Shown: piece by piece, positions 1 to 12,559 of the stretch
Numbering within the stretch: the stretch's first letter is position 1
Layout: each line of letters begins with the position of its first letter
Assembly: GCA_016748015.1 (NCBI GenBank)
Contig: JAAOMT010000334.1
Span: 12,976-76,975, forward strand
Length of the DNA: 64,000 nt
Reading direction: 5' to 3'
DNA from: Geosiphon pyriformis uo1
Taxonomy: Eukaryota; Fungi; Glomeromycota
Program-made: the position numbers and the translations under genes
Notes under the pieces: model-generated
The model's input: only the letters and a program-made list of their open reading frames with translations
The model's database searches: none
What the model was told of the DNA's origin: nothing

Positions 1-2153
1 TAAATAAATAAAAGTTTGATATTTCTTATTATATTTATTACTATTGTAATTATCTAAAATCATTGTAATTATATAATACAGATTTGTTTTTTGTATTAAA
101 GATGACCAATAAAATTTTATGAAATAATAATACTAGATAAAAAAAATAAAAGTAAGCTTAATAATATTCAATATTATTTAAATAAAAAAATTTCATATTA
201 AAATATATATAATAATTTAAATTAGATTGATATCAATATTGATAAAAGATCATATATTAGTTTATTTGTATCAAAAAATTTATTATTAAAGAGGTTGATA
301 ATAAAGAAGTGTAACTGCATAAACAAATAAAAATTTTAATGAATTTTTTGATCTAGATGGTATTTTTATTTGCTAATCAATTTATTATTTTATGAATGAT
401 CTTTTAAAATCAATAGATTTTTGTTAGAATTAATAATCCAGGAAGCTTGGTTTTTTGAAATTATTTCAATTTCATTGTATAAGAAGTCATTAATCTCAAA
501 ATAAAGCTAGATTTATAAAAAGAAGTAAATAATTGATTCCATTCATGATCAAATATTCAAACCAAATTATTTTGACTTCAGGTATCTACTTAAATTCAAA
601 CCATTAAGCAAATTTCATTGATGTGTTGTAATTGAATTTCGAAACTTTTAATAATATTCAAGGCTGAATTCCAAAATACATATTGAATCTGTGAAAATAT
701 TATGGTTGGATTTATGGCCACATTATGGAGAATTTATTATTGAGATTACGTTAAATAGTTGAACTGTCCAAAGATTTCAAATTTAATTTTTAAGAAAAAG
801 GGTAGAATTTATTATTTGAACGAGTAAATCTATAATTCGTTGTGTATCGGAGGATTCGGGATATTTCTTACAATCAGGTAAATTATTTTTAGTATTTCCT
901 TTTAATAGCACATAGAAAAAAATCGAACTTAGAACATTATCCAATTTTAGTTTTGTCCTGTTAGCCATAAAATTAATTGGCATGTATAATTATTCACAAT
1001 ACTAGAGATAAGGTAATCACAGTGAATCTAGATTTTAACGATACAATACATCACCTCCTCAAGGGTTTCAAAAATTGCACTATAGAGCAAAAGTGAAAAA
1101 TCCAAAAATTTTAATTCAAAAGATTAGGATGAGAAGAATAATTGTTTTGTCCAAGGGTTGGGAATAAAGTTTAAAACTAGCACAAAATGCAAAAAGAATA
1201 TATACATTAAAAATTCGTAAATAACAAACATACTTTCATTTTCATTGATCATCCTGTAAGAAACGTTAAAAATAGAAGGCTCATTTTTAAAAGTTTTTCA
1301 TAATTATGGAGCTCTAAACCCTTTTCGTAGGTTATGCCTAAATAAATATCGTAAAGGAAGAGAAATGAACGAAATTCAATAGATTAGTCATCTCTTATGA
1401 TCAAAAACTATTATCCATCTTTACTTATTTGCTAGATCGACGAAACATGCTTCCCCTTCAATTATTAGAGGAAAAATAGTTGTCTCCAAGAGCAATTTTC
1501 ATCATGACAAATCTAGTTGATATCACTTTTGGTGATCATTTTTCTGCCGATACGGAAACCTAAAGCTAATAAAATGAAAATCATCATCCAATTTCATAAT
1601 ACTTGTAAATCTGATCTTGGGAAGCCCGATTTTCAAACAAAAAGGTTCGGATTAAACAGGATATTTTGATAGAAAGGATATCCATAAATATGGTTAGCCT
1701 AAATTTACATGTTGGCGAATTTGTATTTGATTTTCAAAAAGTTAATTGATTCTGCATAAAGTCACTCTGGGATTAAAATGCACGTTACTATAAGATTTTT
1801 CGTATGATTGGATCTTGATCTCAATATGTCAAAGAGGGTTTTGTTTTACTCATCGTCAGATTCTTCTCATCTATTCTATATTTAGAAAAATTTTAGACGG
1901 GAAAGCTGATGAGGTAATATTCGCACGAAATCTTTGAAGCTATTTTCTAATTAAATAAACATTGGAAACATCTAATATCAATTAATGATAGTATATTTAA
2001 AACAATGTAGATAGACTTCCGAACTTTTATTGCTCCCTACATAAAACAAGGGTAGCGTTTTTCCAACAGAAATTGCCAGAGAAGCGTAATTTTCTCTATC
2101 TTTTGATTTCCTATTATTCACCGTTAAAAAGTACTTTATCTCATATAAAAAAA

Positions 2154-3329
2154 ATGTCGAGATCAATTGTTGAAATAGAAAATGGACCGACAATTTATAC
2201 GCCATTACTTCCAAAAGGTCTCACTCGTTTCAGCACATCTTCAAATGTGACTCGAAACATAATAGTACTTGTTTCTTCACTAGTTGTGTTGAACATCGCA
2301 GCATGGTTTGGAGCAGCGGTTGCATTTCAAGATTATCCCTCGCTTATGGGTACCGCTGCATTAGCCTACACACTCGGTTTACGTCATGCAGTTGATGCAG
2401 ACCATTTGGCAGCAATCGATAATGTCACTCGTAAATTACTTCACTCAGGAAAACAACCAATATCAGTCGGACTCTATTTTTCGCTCGGACACTCAACTAT
2501 TGTTATCTGTACTTCTGCAGCAATTGCCGCTACAGCAACCGCAGTTAAGGATAAATTGGATGAGTTCCAAGCAATCGGTGGTTTAATAGGTGCAATAGTA
2601 TCAGCAACGTTCTTATTTGTGATAGGAATCATGAATTTGATCGTGTTCATATCAGTATTCCGTTCTTTCAAAAGAATGAAACAAACCGGATCTTTTGAAG
2701 AAGAAAGTATCGATGAAATTATGAATAATTCTGGAATGCTTGGTAGATTTTTTGCACCCATGTTTCGATTCATCGATTCAAGTTGGAAAATGTATCCGCT
2801 TGGAGTTTTGTTTGGATTCGGTTTTGACACGAGTACCGCAGTTGGCTTATTGGGAATTGCGGCGTTTCAAGCCAATCAAGGGTTACCCATTTGGCTAATC
2901 ATGATTTTTCCTATGTTGTTTACCGCTGGAATGGCATTGATTGATACGGCTGATGGAATTTTAATGCTAGGAACTTATACCTGGGCATACATCAATCCTA
3001 TTCGAAAACTTTATTACAATCTTGTCATCACTCTATTGTCGGTATTGGTTGCATTTATTGTTGGTGGAATCGAATTCTTGAATATTATTGGCGAAAAACT
3101 ACAACTTGAGGGTCCATTTTGGGATTTCTTTTCAGGATTAGGTAAAAATTTTGGGACCATTGGATATTTGATTATTGGGTTGTTTGTTGGCACTTTTCTC
3201 TTGGCGAAAATTTTCTATCAATTTTCCGGCCTTGAAGATTTGGAGCATAAGTTCGATACTCCTGTTGAGGAAGATACTACAAATACGCATAAAATATATG
3301 CTGAAACAGATGATGGGATATCGGGCTAG
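2154..3329 (+). CDS. High-affinity nickel/cobalt permease (NiCoT; HoxN/NixA/Nic1 family), intronless
   Basis: Signature GLRHAVDADHLAAIDN (RHAxDADH), FSLGHSTIV, GFGFDT and PIRKLYYNL motifs; about 8 hydrophobic segments. First ATG is 2154; the ORF-track start at 2073 is a TTG. Confidence 0.95.
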   Translation: MSRSIVEIENGPTIYTPLLPKGLTRFSTSSNVTRNIIVLVSSLVVLNIAAWFGAAVAFQDYPSLMGTAALAYTLGLRHAVDADHLAAIDNVTRKLLHSGKQPISVGLYFSLGHSTIVICTSAAIAATATAVKDKLDEFQAIGGLIGAIVSATFLFVIGIMNLIVFISVFRSFKRMKQTGSFEEESIDEIMNNSGMLGRFFAPMFRFIDSSWKMYPLGVLFGFGFDTSTAVGLLGIAAFQANQGLPIWLIMIFPMLFTAGMALIDTADGILMLGTYTWAYINPIRKLYYNLVITLLSVLVAFIVGGIEFLNIIGEKLQLEGPFWDFFSGLGKNFGTIGYLIIGLFVGTFLLAKIFYQFSGLEDLEHKFDTPVEEDTTNTHKIYAETDDGISG

Positions 3330-5558
3330 TTTTAGAAGAATCGATAATAAGAACGAATGTGCAAATAATTATAGGTTATTACAATTGTGTAAATAGCATT
3401 AGTTTTTGGTAAAATAGCTATTTCTTTTGAAAAAAGAAATTATGCTTGTAAAATTTTCAATTTTAACAAGATCTTTAACATTAAATGTTAAGAAATCCAA
3501 AAAATATCGAGTTAAAATGAAGCAATGAAGTCACAAAAATCGAACCTATTTAAGTTTTCGTTACGCGTCAAAAAAATTTCTTACTGAAAAATCTCTATAT
3601 ATATTATCAAATGATGACATTCAAGCTTTAATAGCGGCCTAATTGATTTATATGAACAATTTCGTTGAGCCTAGTATTGGCTTTTCTTTCTTTTTTACTT
3701 TGTTTATCAAGGGAAAATAACATTTTCTAGGCTGATAAGTATAAAAAAAATAATAATCTCTTTGAAAAAAAAGTTGAATAAACAAATTTCAGCGTTTCCA
3801 ATGTTAAAAGAAAAGTTTTTCCTAAGCTCAAAGCTGTAAGATTTGTTTCACCAAAATTCGAAGATTACTTTCAATCATTTGCTATCTTGGGCAATTACGC
3901 AATCACAACAATAGGGAAAAAAGAAATATAACGCCGATTTTTTTGACAGACATAGTTTACCATACAATGTATATATAGATACATCAAAAATTTATAAAAC
4001 TGGTTTTCGCGTTGGTATAACCTGCCCTTTTTTCCTTTATAATAAAAATTCATATAAGGTTAAATAATAAGACTTACAAAAAAGGTGATTTTATATAATG
4101 ACATATTATTTGCAAATGAACTATTGTTTAAAACCTAAGGTCAAAGAACTATAATAAACTTTTTTTTCATTTGGTTTAAGTAATATTTTAGTTTGAAATT
4201 TAATAGCTTTTTATATTTGATGTTAAATTTGTCATTATAAAAGATAATTTCGAGAGTTTTTGTGACATATTTTATTTCGATTAATTAAGCTTTAATTTAA
4301 AACTTTTCCTTTAAAAAAAAATCCAAAAACGTAAAAATTCATTACGTCAAAGAATAAATAGAATAATAAAGATCTTAAATTTTAATAATTTAAAAATATG
4401 TTAAAAATTTTCATTTTTATATTTTTGCACATCTCAAAAGCGACAAATCTTGTTTGAGGATTGGAATTTTTTATACAATATAAATATTGTTTATGAAATA
4501 CAATATCATAAAACCTTATAAAAATGCTGTCTATTGAGACTTCTAAATATAATGCATAGCGAAAAAAAGTTTGAAAATGCGTATAAATTATTTTTTTCCT
4601 TCCTTCCTTCCTTTAAGGAACTAAAGCGAGCTCATTTAAAGGGACATTTATGTTCAAAAAATATATAAATCATTAACTTTTTCTCCTTCAAAACAACCCT
4701 GGGTGATGCAATTTTTTTCTAAATTCCTTTCCGAGTTTATTTGCTTCAACTCTCAACTTTGAGACTTATCATAATTCTATTTATTAAGCTCAAACAGTTT
4801 TCGGCGAACTTGTTTAGCAGCATCGATGTTCGACAGAATGCTCTCCAAACACTTTTCTATTATTCAAAATAATAAGGTAGAATAAAGTAATTTGAAATAT
4901 TCTTCATGAGGAGCCTGTCATGAGGCTAGTCGTGAAGAGATGACTAAATGTGTACAAATTATAATAATAGAGCGCTTTAACCCTCAATATAACGAGTTGT
5001 TGTCAACTTTCTTTTTAAAAATTTCTAGTGGATTAATAACCAATCCATTTTTAAATATCTTTATTGAACAATATTTCAAAGACATGATTCATTTTGTTTA
5101 ATAAGAACTTTTAATTACTATGGTGAAAAGACAGTCATTAAAAACCCTGGTGCAGAGTTTGGTAAATTATTTAATATAAAATTATTAATGAAAAATGAAA
5201 ATTCGAATTCAAGTAGCCCCTTTACAATTTCAAAGAATCAGGCCTCTACCAAATTTTTACCAAGACTCGAATATTGTTTTGAGCTTACATTTCGAAGATT
5301 TTTAGATATTTAAAGTTTGCCTTAATTAATTAATTTCTATTGTATTTTGAAAATCTATCGTATGAGTAATAACAAAGCCACATCTTGATAATGCTTAAAT
5401 ATACACTATTTGTAAAAGTCTTTCAAGAAAATTTTTTAATTTTGTTTCAAATCACAATTCAAATTTGTAAAATTCTAAACTACATATGAAGCAGCAAAAT
5501 GCTAGAATTTTGTAACTTTATAAAATAATTATTTGAGAATTTCATTATCAAATATCTA

Positions 5559-7177
5559 TCAAGTTAAATATGGGACTTCATCATCATTCGGTGCCATAAT
5601 ATATCCAAAATATGGACCCCAATGTGCGCTCGATTCTTCAGGAATATTTCGAGAGAACCTATTAATGCAATCCTAAAAAAAAAGTATATTTTCGAAAATA
5701 GGAATAGGAAGTTCTATTCACTAAAAAATAAATCAGACACCTTACCGGATGTTCACCTTCAAATCGCATGCCCTGACACACATATACAGTCTCGGAAATC
5801 TTTTTTGGATCTATATCAACACAATCACAGTTAGACTTTCGAGGAATCCAAAATTCCATCATCTCATGTGCATGATCTCTAAAAAATAATGGGACATAAT
5901 CGTCCGCATAAGTTACACGCCAAACCTCTAGCCTTTTGTTAACGAATCGGGCGAATGCTTGATTTCCAATACGTGGTTCGCCGAATGTTACCACGAAAAT
6001 CCTTAAGCGTGGCTTCCTTATACGAAGAGCCAGAGCTGAAAACACGGCAAAAACTGTGGGGGTTGAAAAGGAGGTATTTAAGTTGATAATTCACTTTTTA
6101 AATAATTTCTTTGCATTTTAGAGCATATTTATTTGATAATCTAGATAATTAAAATTTCTAAAAATATAAATACATACCAGCACCTTCACCATGCCCAGTA
6201 AAGGCAAAGAAATGTCTCTTATAAATATTAGCAACCCAAAATCCTAAACTTTCTAAAATCTTTTCTTTCACTTTTGCAAACCTTTTATGATAAAATTCAT
6301 TATTAACTAATAGTGGTTCATCCGAGATTCCATCTGGGTATAAAATTAATTCTCTTGTTTGGGCGAGGCTTAACATTGTAGCATGGTCCAATGAACGACC
6401 TCGAAACGTAACAATTATAAATGGTCTTGACATAAAGGCTGGTTTTAATGGGTCTTGAACCCCATCGATTATTCCTGAAAATAAAGTTTTCCTTTTTTTC
6501 AGAAAATTTCAAAGATCACAGGATTAAATCCGAAACTTTGATGCTTTTTTAATTTTAAACCCACCCCAAACCTCAGGCATAATTAGAGATCTTCTTCGAT
6601 TTTCTCTATAAGGCAATTGTGCATACCGTGCCATTTCCGACAAAAATTGAATTGAATCTTCATGCGTTAACAGATAAGTTTTTGGTTCTGCAGGCTTAAA
6701 TATGAGGTTCGTGACACTATGCCAATAACCAGCAATTAGTCGCCATCCTCTTTTAATTTTCCCGATTAAAGGATCTCTATTATTTTTTTCATTCATTCTT
6801 TTTGTGAAATGAGTTTTTTGAGAAGTGATATTGTTTTTGGAAAGTGTATGTAAGGACGAATTATAATCACTGGATAGAGTAATTACTCGTGTTGAGGATG
6901 ATAAATGTGATTTGGCACCTGGATAGAATTCTTGGAGACTTATCAATGGCGAATAATTAGAGTAATTTTTTTTTGATTTGTTAATGAGATTTTCTGTCAA
7001 TGATAGTAATCTGGACTCTGGTTGTGATTTAAAAAAATCTTGTGATAAGGTTGATGAAATTTTGATAATTAAGCAAATATATAATATGGTGGTCACGATT
7101 GCCAAAAAAAATTTTATAGTTTGGTTCTCAGAACTTCTAAATAAGTGTTGAAACTTTAATGAGAATATTTGACCCAT
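5559..7177 (-). CDS. Class-3 lipase-fold (Lipase_3) protein lacking the nucleophile Ser; 4 exons; N-terminal signal anchor
   Basis: Exons ~7177-6565, 6474-6178, 6053-5746 and 5672-5559 join in frame through GT..AG introns. Motifs VTFRG, FTGHGEGAVFA (GHSxGG position), VTFGEPRIGNQAFA, RVTYADDYVP, HEMMEFWI, AHWGPYFG. Confidence 0.85.
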
Positions 7178-8749
7178 AACCAATTATTTTCGAACCCACC
7201 ACAAAGATTAAAAAAAATTTGGTCAAAAGGAAATTTTAGATCAATTAAGATCGCTTTCTAAACTAGTCTCAAAGGTTTAAAAACTCTAAAATCAAAGAAG
7301 GTTTAATTGCCAAAAAATAGATTCATGAGCAGACAGGGCTTTAAAAGTTCTCAAATAGTTTCTTGACTTACATAAACAAATTGATAAGCATGATCAGCTA
7401 ATTGGCATTGAAAAGCTTAATTGAGAAACATTAAATATTGAATGATAAGAATTTCCGTAAAGTTTATAGAGACCTTTTTACTTTTTTTTGTGATTACTTT
7501 TTTGTGATTATAAAATTGAAAACTAGCAATATCTCAATTGCATCATATATTTTTACTAGTTGAAGTGACATTTATGACTATATATATTTTTTTAACTTGA
7601 TTATAATTTATCAGAAAAAATTATTCTCTAATTCATTTTAAAACTTATTTATTATTTTTAACAAACTTGCTTTTTTTATTGTAATCAAATTAGAATTTTA
7701 ATTATATTATTTTCAATATTAGAATTTAATATATATAGTTAAAACTCTAAGAAGAAATATTCTAGTTAAATTTTTGAAAAAGCTTTTTAACTAAAGTGCT
7801 ATTAAGTATTTGGTTTCACAAATAATAGTCACGATTTAAAAAACCCAACACTTTTTGTATTGTGTGATTTAAAAGCTTTCTTTCAACTGAATAAAATAAA
7901 ATAAAATAAAATAAAAATATGATTAGTGATCCTGGGTTTTCCTTATTCAACTTTGAAAAATACAAAAATCCGTAAAAAAATTATACATGCTTAGTAGCTG
8001 ATAAGCTGTTTTATTTTCTTATCAAGAGTTTTGTATTAGGTTGAAATATGAATTTTTCGTATCAAGCATAATAACATACAGATATTATTCGTTACACAAT
8101 TATGCCCCAAATTAGAATTGTCTTTGAAACAGTTTTTAAAAGACAAAATAGGACCTATTCTTAAGGAATACGAGAGAAGTTGATGTTTATATAGAAAATG
8201 AAATTTTATTTTAGAAAGATAGGTTCGTTATTATTAATATTAATATTAATATTAATATTATTAAGAAACTGAGTAAACAAAATCTTATCTTGCTGAGATT
8301 CGTCTACAATTATGACCTAAAGATAATGGATAAAATTATCATTGGATTGAATCATTTTCATAAAAGGGTTTACCAATCGCTAATGTAGTTTCATTTGCAT
8401 GCCACGAATATGTGCGATCATTTTTTTTTTAGTAGCACAAAAGTTTATTGTGGATATCAAAAATGAAAAGAATAAATTAAATTTAACACATTCTAATAAA
8501 TTGCTATGCTGGAATTATCTCTTATTTTAGAAAAAATATATATCTACTGTAACTTTGTTGAAATGAGAAAAGGTTGCATTTTAAAAAAGTATAAAAAATT
8601 AAATTTTCAATATTAATTTTTCTGATTTAATGACAATTGTATTCAAATGTAAATATTACATAAAGGTGTTTTTCAAAAAAAGCTTTAGAAATTCACATGT
8701 TCCAAAAATTTTGCTAATAAGCTTAGAATAAGTCAAACCTAAATCTTCG

Positions 8750-9290
8750 TTTTTTTGTGTTGCTTTCTCCTGAATCGCTTTATCTCAATGAATAGAGTAA
8801 TCCCGTTTAACAGACTGTACAGAAAAGTTTTTTCACTAGTTCATTTAAAGTTATCATTTTTTATTTCATTTATTAATCCCTAATTTCTCAATACATAAAT
8901 CATCTGTTTACCGAATTAATCAAATTTTGGCAACCATTTCCAAATGATTAACACTTTAAATTCAAATCTTTTACCATTTCATATTTGAAGAACATCTTAT
9001 TAGCCAATATATAGGAAAATCTTATGTTGAAAAAAGTTAAAGGTTAATAAAAATTCGAAAAGATATAAAAAACTCTTTTAAATGACGCTTCACGTAAGAT
9101 GAATGGGAAAAATGTAAGCAGGCTTCTGAAACAAATGCCAGAGTATCTTAAAAACAAACATTCGGTGGCTAAAATTGGCAATTTTCACATTCTTGTGACC
9201 AAGTTCTTTCGCTGTAATTATGCCACCTTTTTGTAAATTTGTGAGATCTTTCGGGCAACCTATTTTTTGGTAAATTTCAAAAAGCATAAT
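8750..9290 (-). mobile_element. Possible decayed Tc1/mariner transposase N-terminal (HTH) fragment
   Basis: IGCPKDLTNLQKGGIITAKELGHKNVKIANF resembles the GRPxxLTxxxRGxI...GxSxxxIA HTH; the reading frame is broken downstream. Confidence 0.3.
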
Positions 9291-9427
9291 TTTGCCAACA
9301 ATTATTAAATTGTCAATATGTAAAAAAAAACGCAGTAACCAATTAGGTACATGTATATGTAAGAATTATGGAAAAATATTAATAAATTATTTAAAAGAAA
9401 GTTTAAATTTTGTTTTAGTACTAAATT

Positions 9428-9486
9428 GATATTATATATTATATATTATATATTATTATATATTATTATATATTATTATTATTATA

Positions 9487-9539
<53 letters not shown>

Positions 9540-9540
9540 T
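9428..9540. repeat. AT-rich microsatellite (ATATATTAT/TAT repeats)
   Basis: Directly visible tandem TAT and ATATT units. Confidence 0.9.
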
Positions 9541-9715
9541 TTATCACTTGATTTTAATTAATCTCAGTTAAATTTCATAAAATGCAATCTGAATTCACTT
9601 ATATGGATAAATCATAGGCTAGCATTTTTTGAAGTATTTACAAAGTTTCTTATAATCAAAATTCAATAATTATAACCTTAATTCAATAAATGTATTGAAT
9701 CTAGCACAACTCACC

Positions 9716-10997
9716 CTAGATTAAAGTTATCGAAACAGAAACGAAACCTAAAATTACAAACCATCCAAAACTCACGACTATTTTAGAGGAAATTCCCGAA
9801 TTTGTTTTAGGAGGTCCGGTGGGGAGTGGATGTTCAGAATCTGATGTTGAAAAACCCTGATCATTACTAATTGTGTTTTTTACAGATGTGTTATAAACTT
9901 GCGGTCCAGTGTAAAACCAATATTTGGCAACAAATGTTTGATTAATTCTTGCCCCTTGTGGTACACTTGGCCTTTGTGGTACACTTGGCTCTTGTGGTAT
10001 GCTTGGATCGCTATTGAATAAAATTTTTTTGATGCGAAAAAGTATATCAAGATTAGTGTTCTAACTTTCAAAGAGAATTTTATCAAATATTTGATTAAAA
10101 ACTTTTTGAAAAATTTAAATACCAAAGATAATTTGGTGGCAGTTGAACATTTTCAGTATCGACTCTTAACACATAGGTGACGTTTGTAAATATCCCTCCT
10201 GGCTTTTTCAGATAAAGAACTTTTGAATTTCTAATACCAAAGTTTTACTTGACATTTTGAATTTAATTAAAAATTGACTGACCTTATTAGCTGTAGCTCG
10301 AGAAATAAACCAATCAATGGTTTCTGAACCAATATTTACTTGTTTGGTGATATTTGTGACAACCTCTGACTTGTCATTGCCTTGCCACGTGGCTCTGCCA
10401 CCGTTGACTCCAGGAAGCTAAAATTATCAATTAGAAACTTTTTTTATGTTTCAATAATAAAATATTTTGATTTTTATATATTTCGAAAAAACTCACAGGT
10501 TGGAAAAAATGTTCTCCAATTATATTTTTTTCTAACAACGTGGAGTTTTTCGAATATTTGTCGAATAAATATGCTCGTGGGCCGACTTTGAGGTAAATCA
10601 AAAAATTATTCATCATTTGGATAAAGTCAATAAATTTTTTTAAAAATTTCAAGTATTTTTTACCAAAAGTCCAGTTCCCTTCCTTCCCCACATTGCCAAC
10701 ATCGCACTGATAGGTCTGATACCCAATTGCATATAAACCAAAAGATAATTTATGTGGTGCTGGTACAATTAAAGCTTCTGGAAGTATTCCGTCTATTGAC
10801 AAAATATAAACGAGTTCGTTAGGTTGTTGTCCATTATTTAATATCTCTAATTATATTGTTAATAATTTTTTAATATTAAAAAACTCACTATTTTGAGTTA
10901 AAGTTAGAATGACACTTGACTCGGCACTCTTCGAGCTTGGTAAAGTCAAAATACTATCTCCAACAAAGAATTTAAGAGCCAGAAGTAAAATTAGCAT
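9716..10997 (-). CDS. Secreted, possibly GPI-anchored DUF3455-family protein; multi-exon
   Basis: Signal peptide MLILLLALKFFVGDS (alternative ATG at 11027). DUF3455-type motifs AIGYQTYQC, WTF.VGPRAYLFD, IIGEHFF, TIDWF, NVTYVLRVDT...PP, FVAKYWFY. Ser/Thr/Pro-rich linker, then hydrophobic tail IVVSFGWFVILGFVSVSITLI*. Confidence 0.75.
9950..10010 (-). repeat. 18-bp coding tandem repeat x3 (PS[I/V]PQx)
   Basis: ccaag(c/t)(a/g)taccacaa units encode PSIPQE-PSVPQR-PSVPQG in the last DUF3455 exon. Confidence 0.85.
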
Positions 10998-12225
10998 TTT
11001 TTTGAAGCTGGAATAATATGAGATCATGTTTAGGGCCCTAAAACAATTTTTTGTTTTCAAAGGTCTTGAATAAAATTTTACGTAAAATAAATTTTAATTA
11101 AAAAATTAGGAATTTGCGTCTATGCCAATTCTTAATTTGTGAAATTGTGAAAATAAAATAATTTAGCAAAACACGATTAAAATAATAAAACATACAAGTT
11201 AATTTCTGGTATTTTTGTTGAAAATTACTTTTCTCTTCTCTCTGCATTATATTTTTCTTGGTGAATTTAAATTTGATAGCATGGTTCCACACTAATGCCA
11301 ATTTGGATTTTCAAGAATTGGAAAAACCATGAAATTTGTTTACAAGACAAATAAAAATATATGTACCATGTAATAGCATATTGTTATCTTAGGAAGCAGA
11401 AATGAATATTTTATTTTGATTATAACAAATTGTTTTTTTTCAACATTTGTAGTTTGAGCCAATCAAAAAGAAAAGAAAAAAGATTTAACTGATACTGTAA
11501 ATTAAGGCACCAAATATTTGTGAATTGTTTTGAACATCGAGATACATTTATATCTATGTTTTGAGAAATGAAAAACGTTAATATTTACTAATAAAGAATA
11601 AAGGATAAACCTTTTAAACCAAAATATTTTTCTTCTTTGAAAGTGTTTTTACGGATTCAATTTTCACACCAAATAATTAGCATTTTTTAAATGACTTGGT
11701 TTTTTTATTTACATTTTCAAGTTCGAAGAAATTAACTTAAAAACATCACGATATTTAATTATATTAATCAATCTTCATCAAAATTAATGCTTGAATTTGA
11801 ACTCATATCCTTAATCCCTTGGTAAATTTAAAGTTATTAGCAATCAGTGAAGCATCAAATTTTTTAAAGAAAACTTTGAAAGGAATGGACCAACTTGCCA
11901 CTATCTTAAAGACTATTAATTAAATGTAGCAACCATTAATTCTTTTGATTTAAGAGCCCTGAATGTCAGGTTGCAAATTACAAAATCCCAATCAAAAATA
12001 TTTTAATTTTATGTGATCAAAACTCTTTAAAGTGAAACAAATTAACCTTTTATACTCCCAAAATTTTGAAATCTATTTTTGCTAAAAAGTTATGTTAATA
12101 TATAAAACTTTATAGAAATTTCCATTTCTGAATTACCAATGATAGATCATGTAAATATATTATATTATCAATTTATCAGCTCGGAAAATTCTTTTCGCAC
12201 ACAAATAACGTATATCCTTTTAACA

Positions 12226-12259
<34 letters not shown>

Positions 12260-12559
12260 ACTAATTCTTTTCCATCTACCAAATGAAAACCATTATGCCG
12301 AAGCAAGGTGCTGTTCTGGATAGAAATTTCTAAAAAAACATCGAAAATGTGGCGCCGGAAATCGAGGTATGCGTTTATTTGATGCATCACGAGGCACCAT
12401 TCCGTTTTGCTTCGATTTATTAATTGAATTGGCACCTCATTTCATTGCTTGCCTAATGAAGGAACTACTGTGAAGACGAGCAAGAACTCGTAAGTGTGCC
12501 AAACATTAGAATAAGCAATTACAGAACAGTTATTGATTAGTGTACTTGACGGTGCAATG

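Noticed and set aside
1-1010. Broken minus-strand frames (ORF 783-983) that might be retroelement remains
   Set aside because: No diagnostic RT, RNase H or integrase motif could be read.
2386-3396. Alternative-frame and antisense ORFs overlapping the NiCoT gene
   Set aside because: Shadows of the real CDS; no independent motifs.
4690-4960. Exon-like minus-strand fragment (CLESILSNIDAAKQVRRKLFEL)
   Set aside because: Too short and broken to assign.
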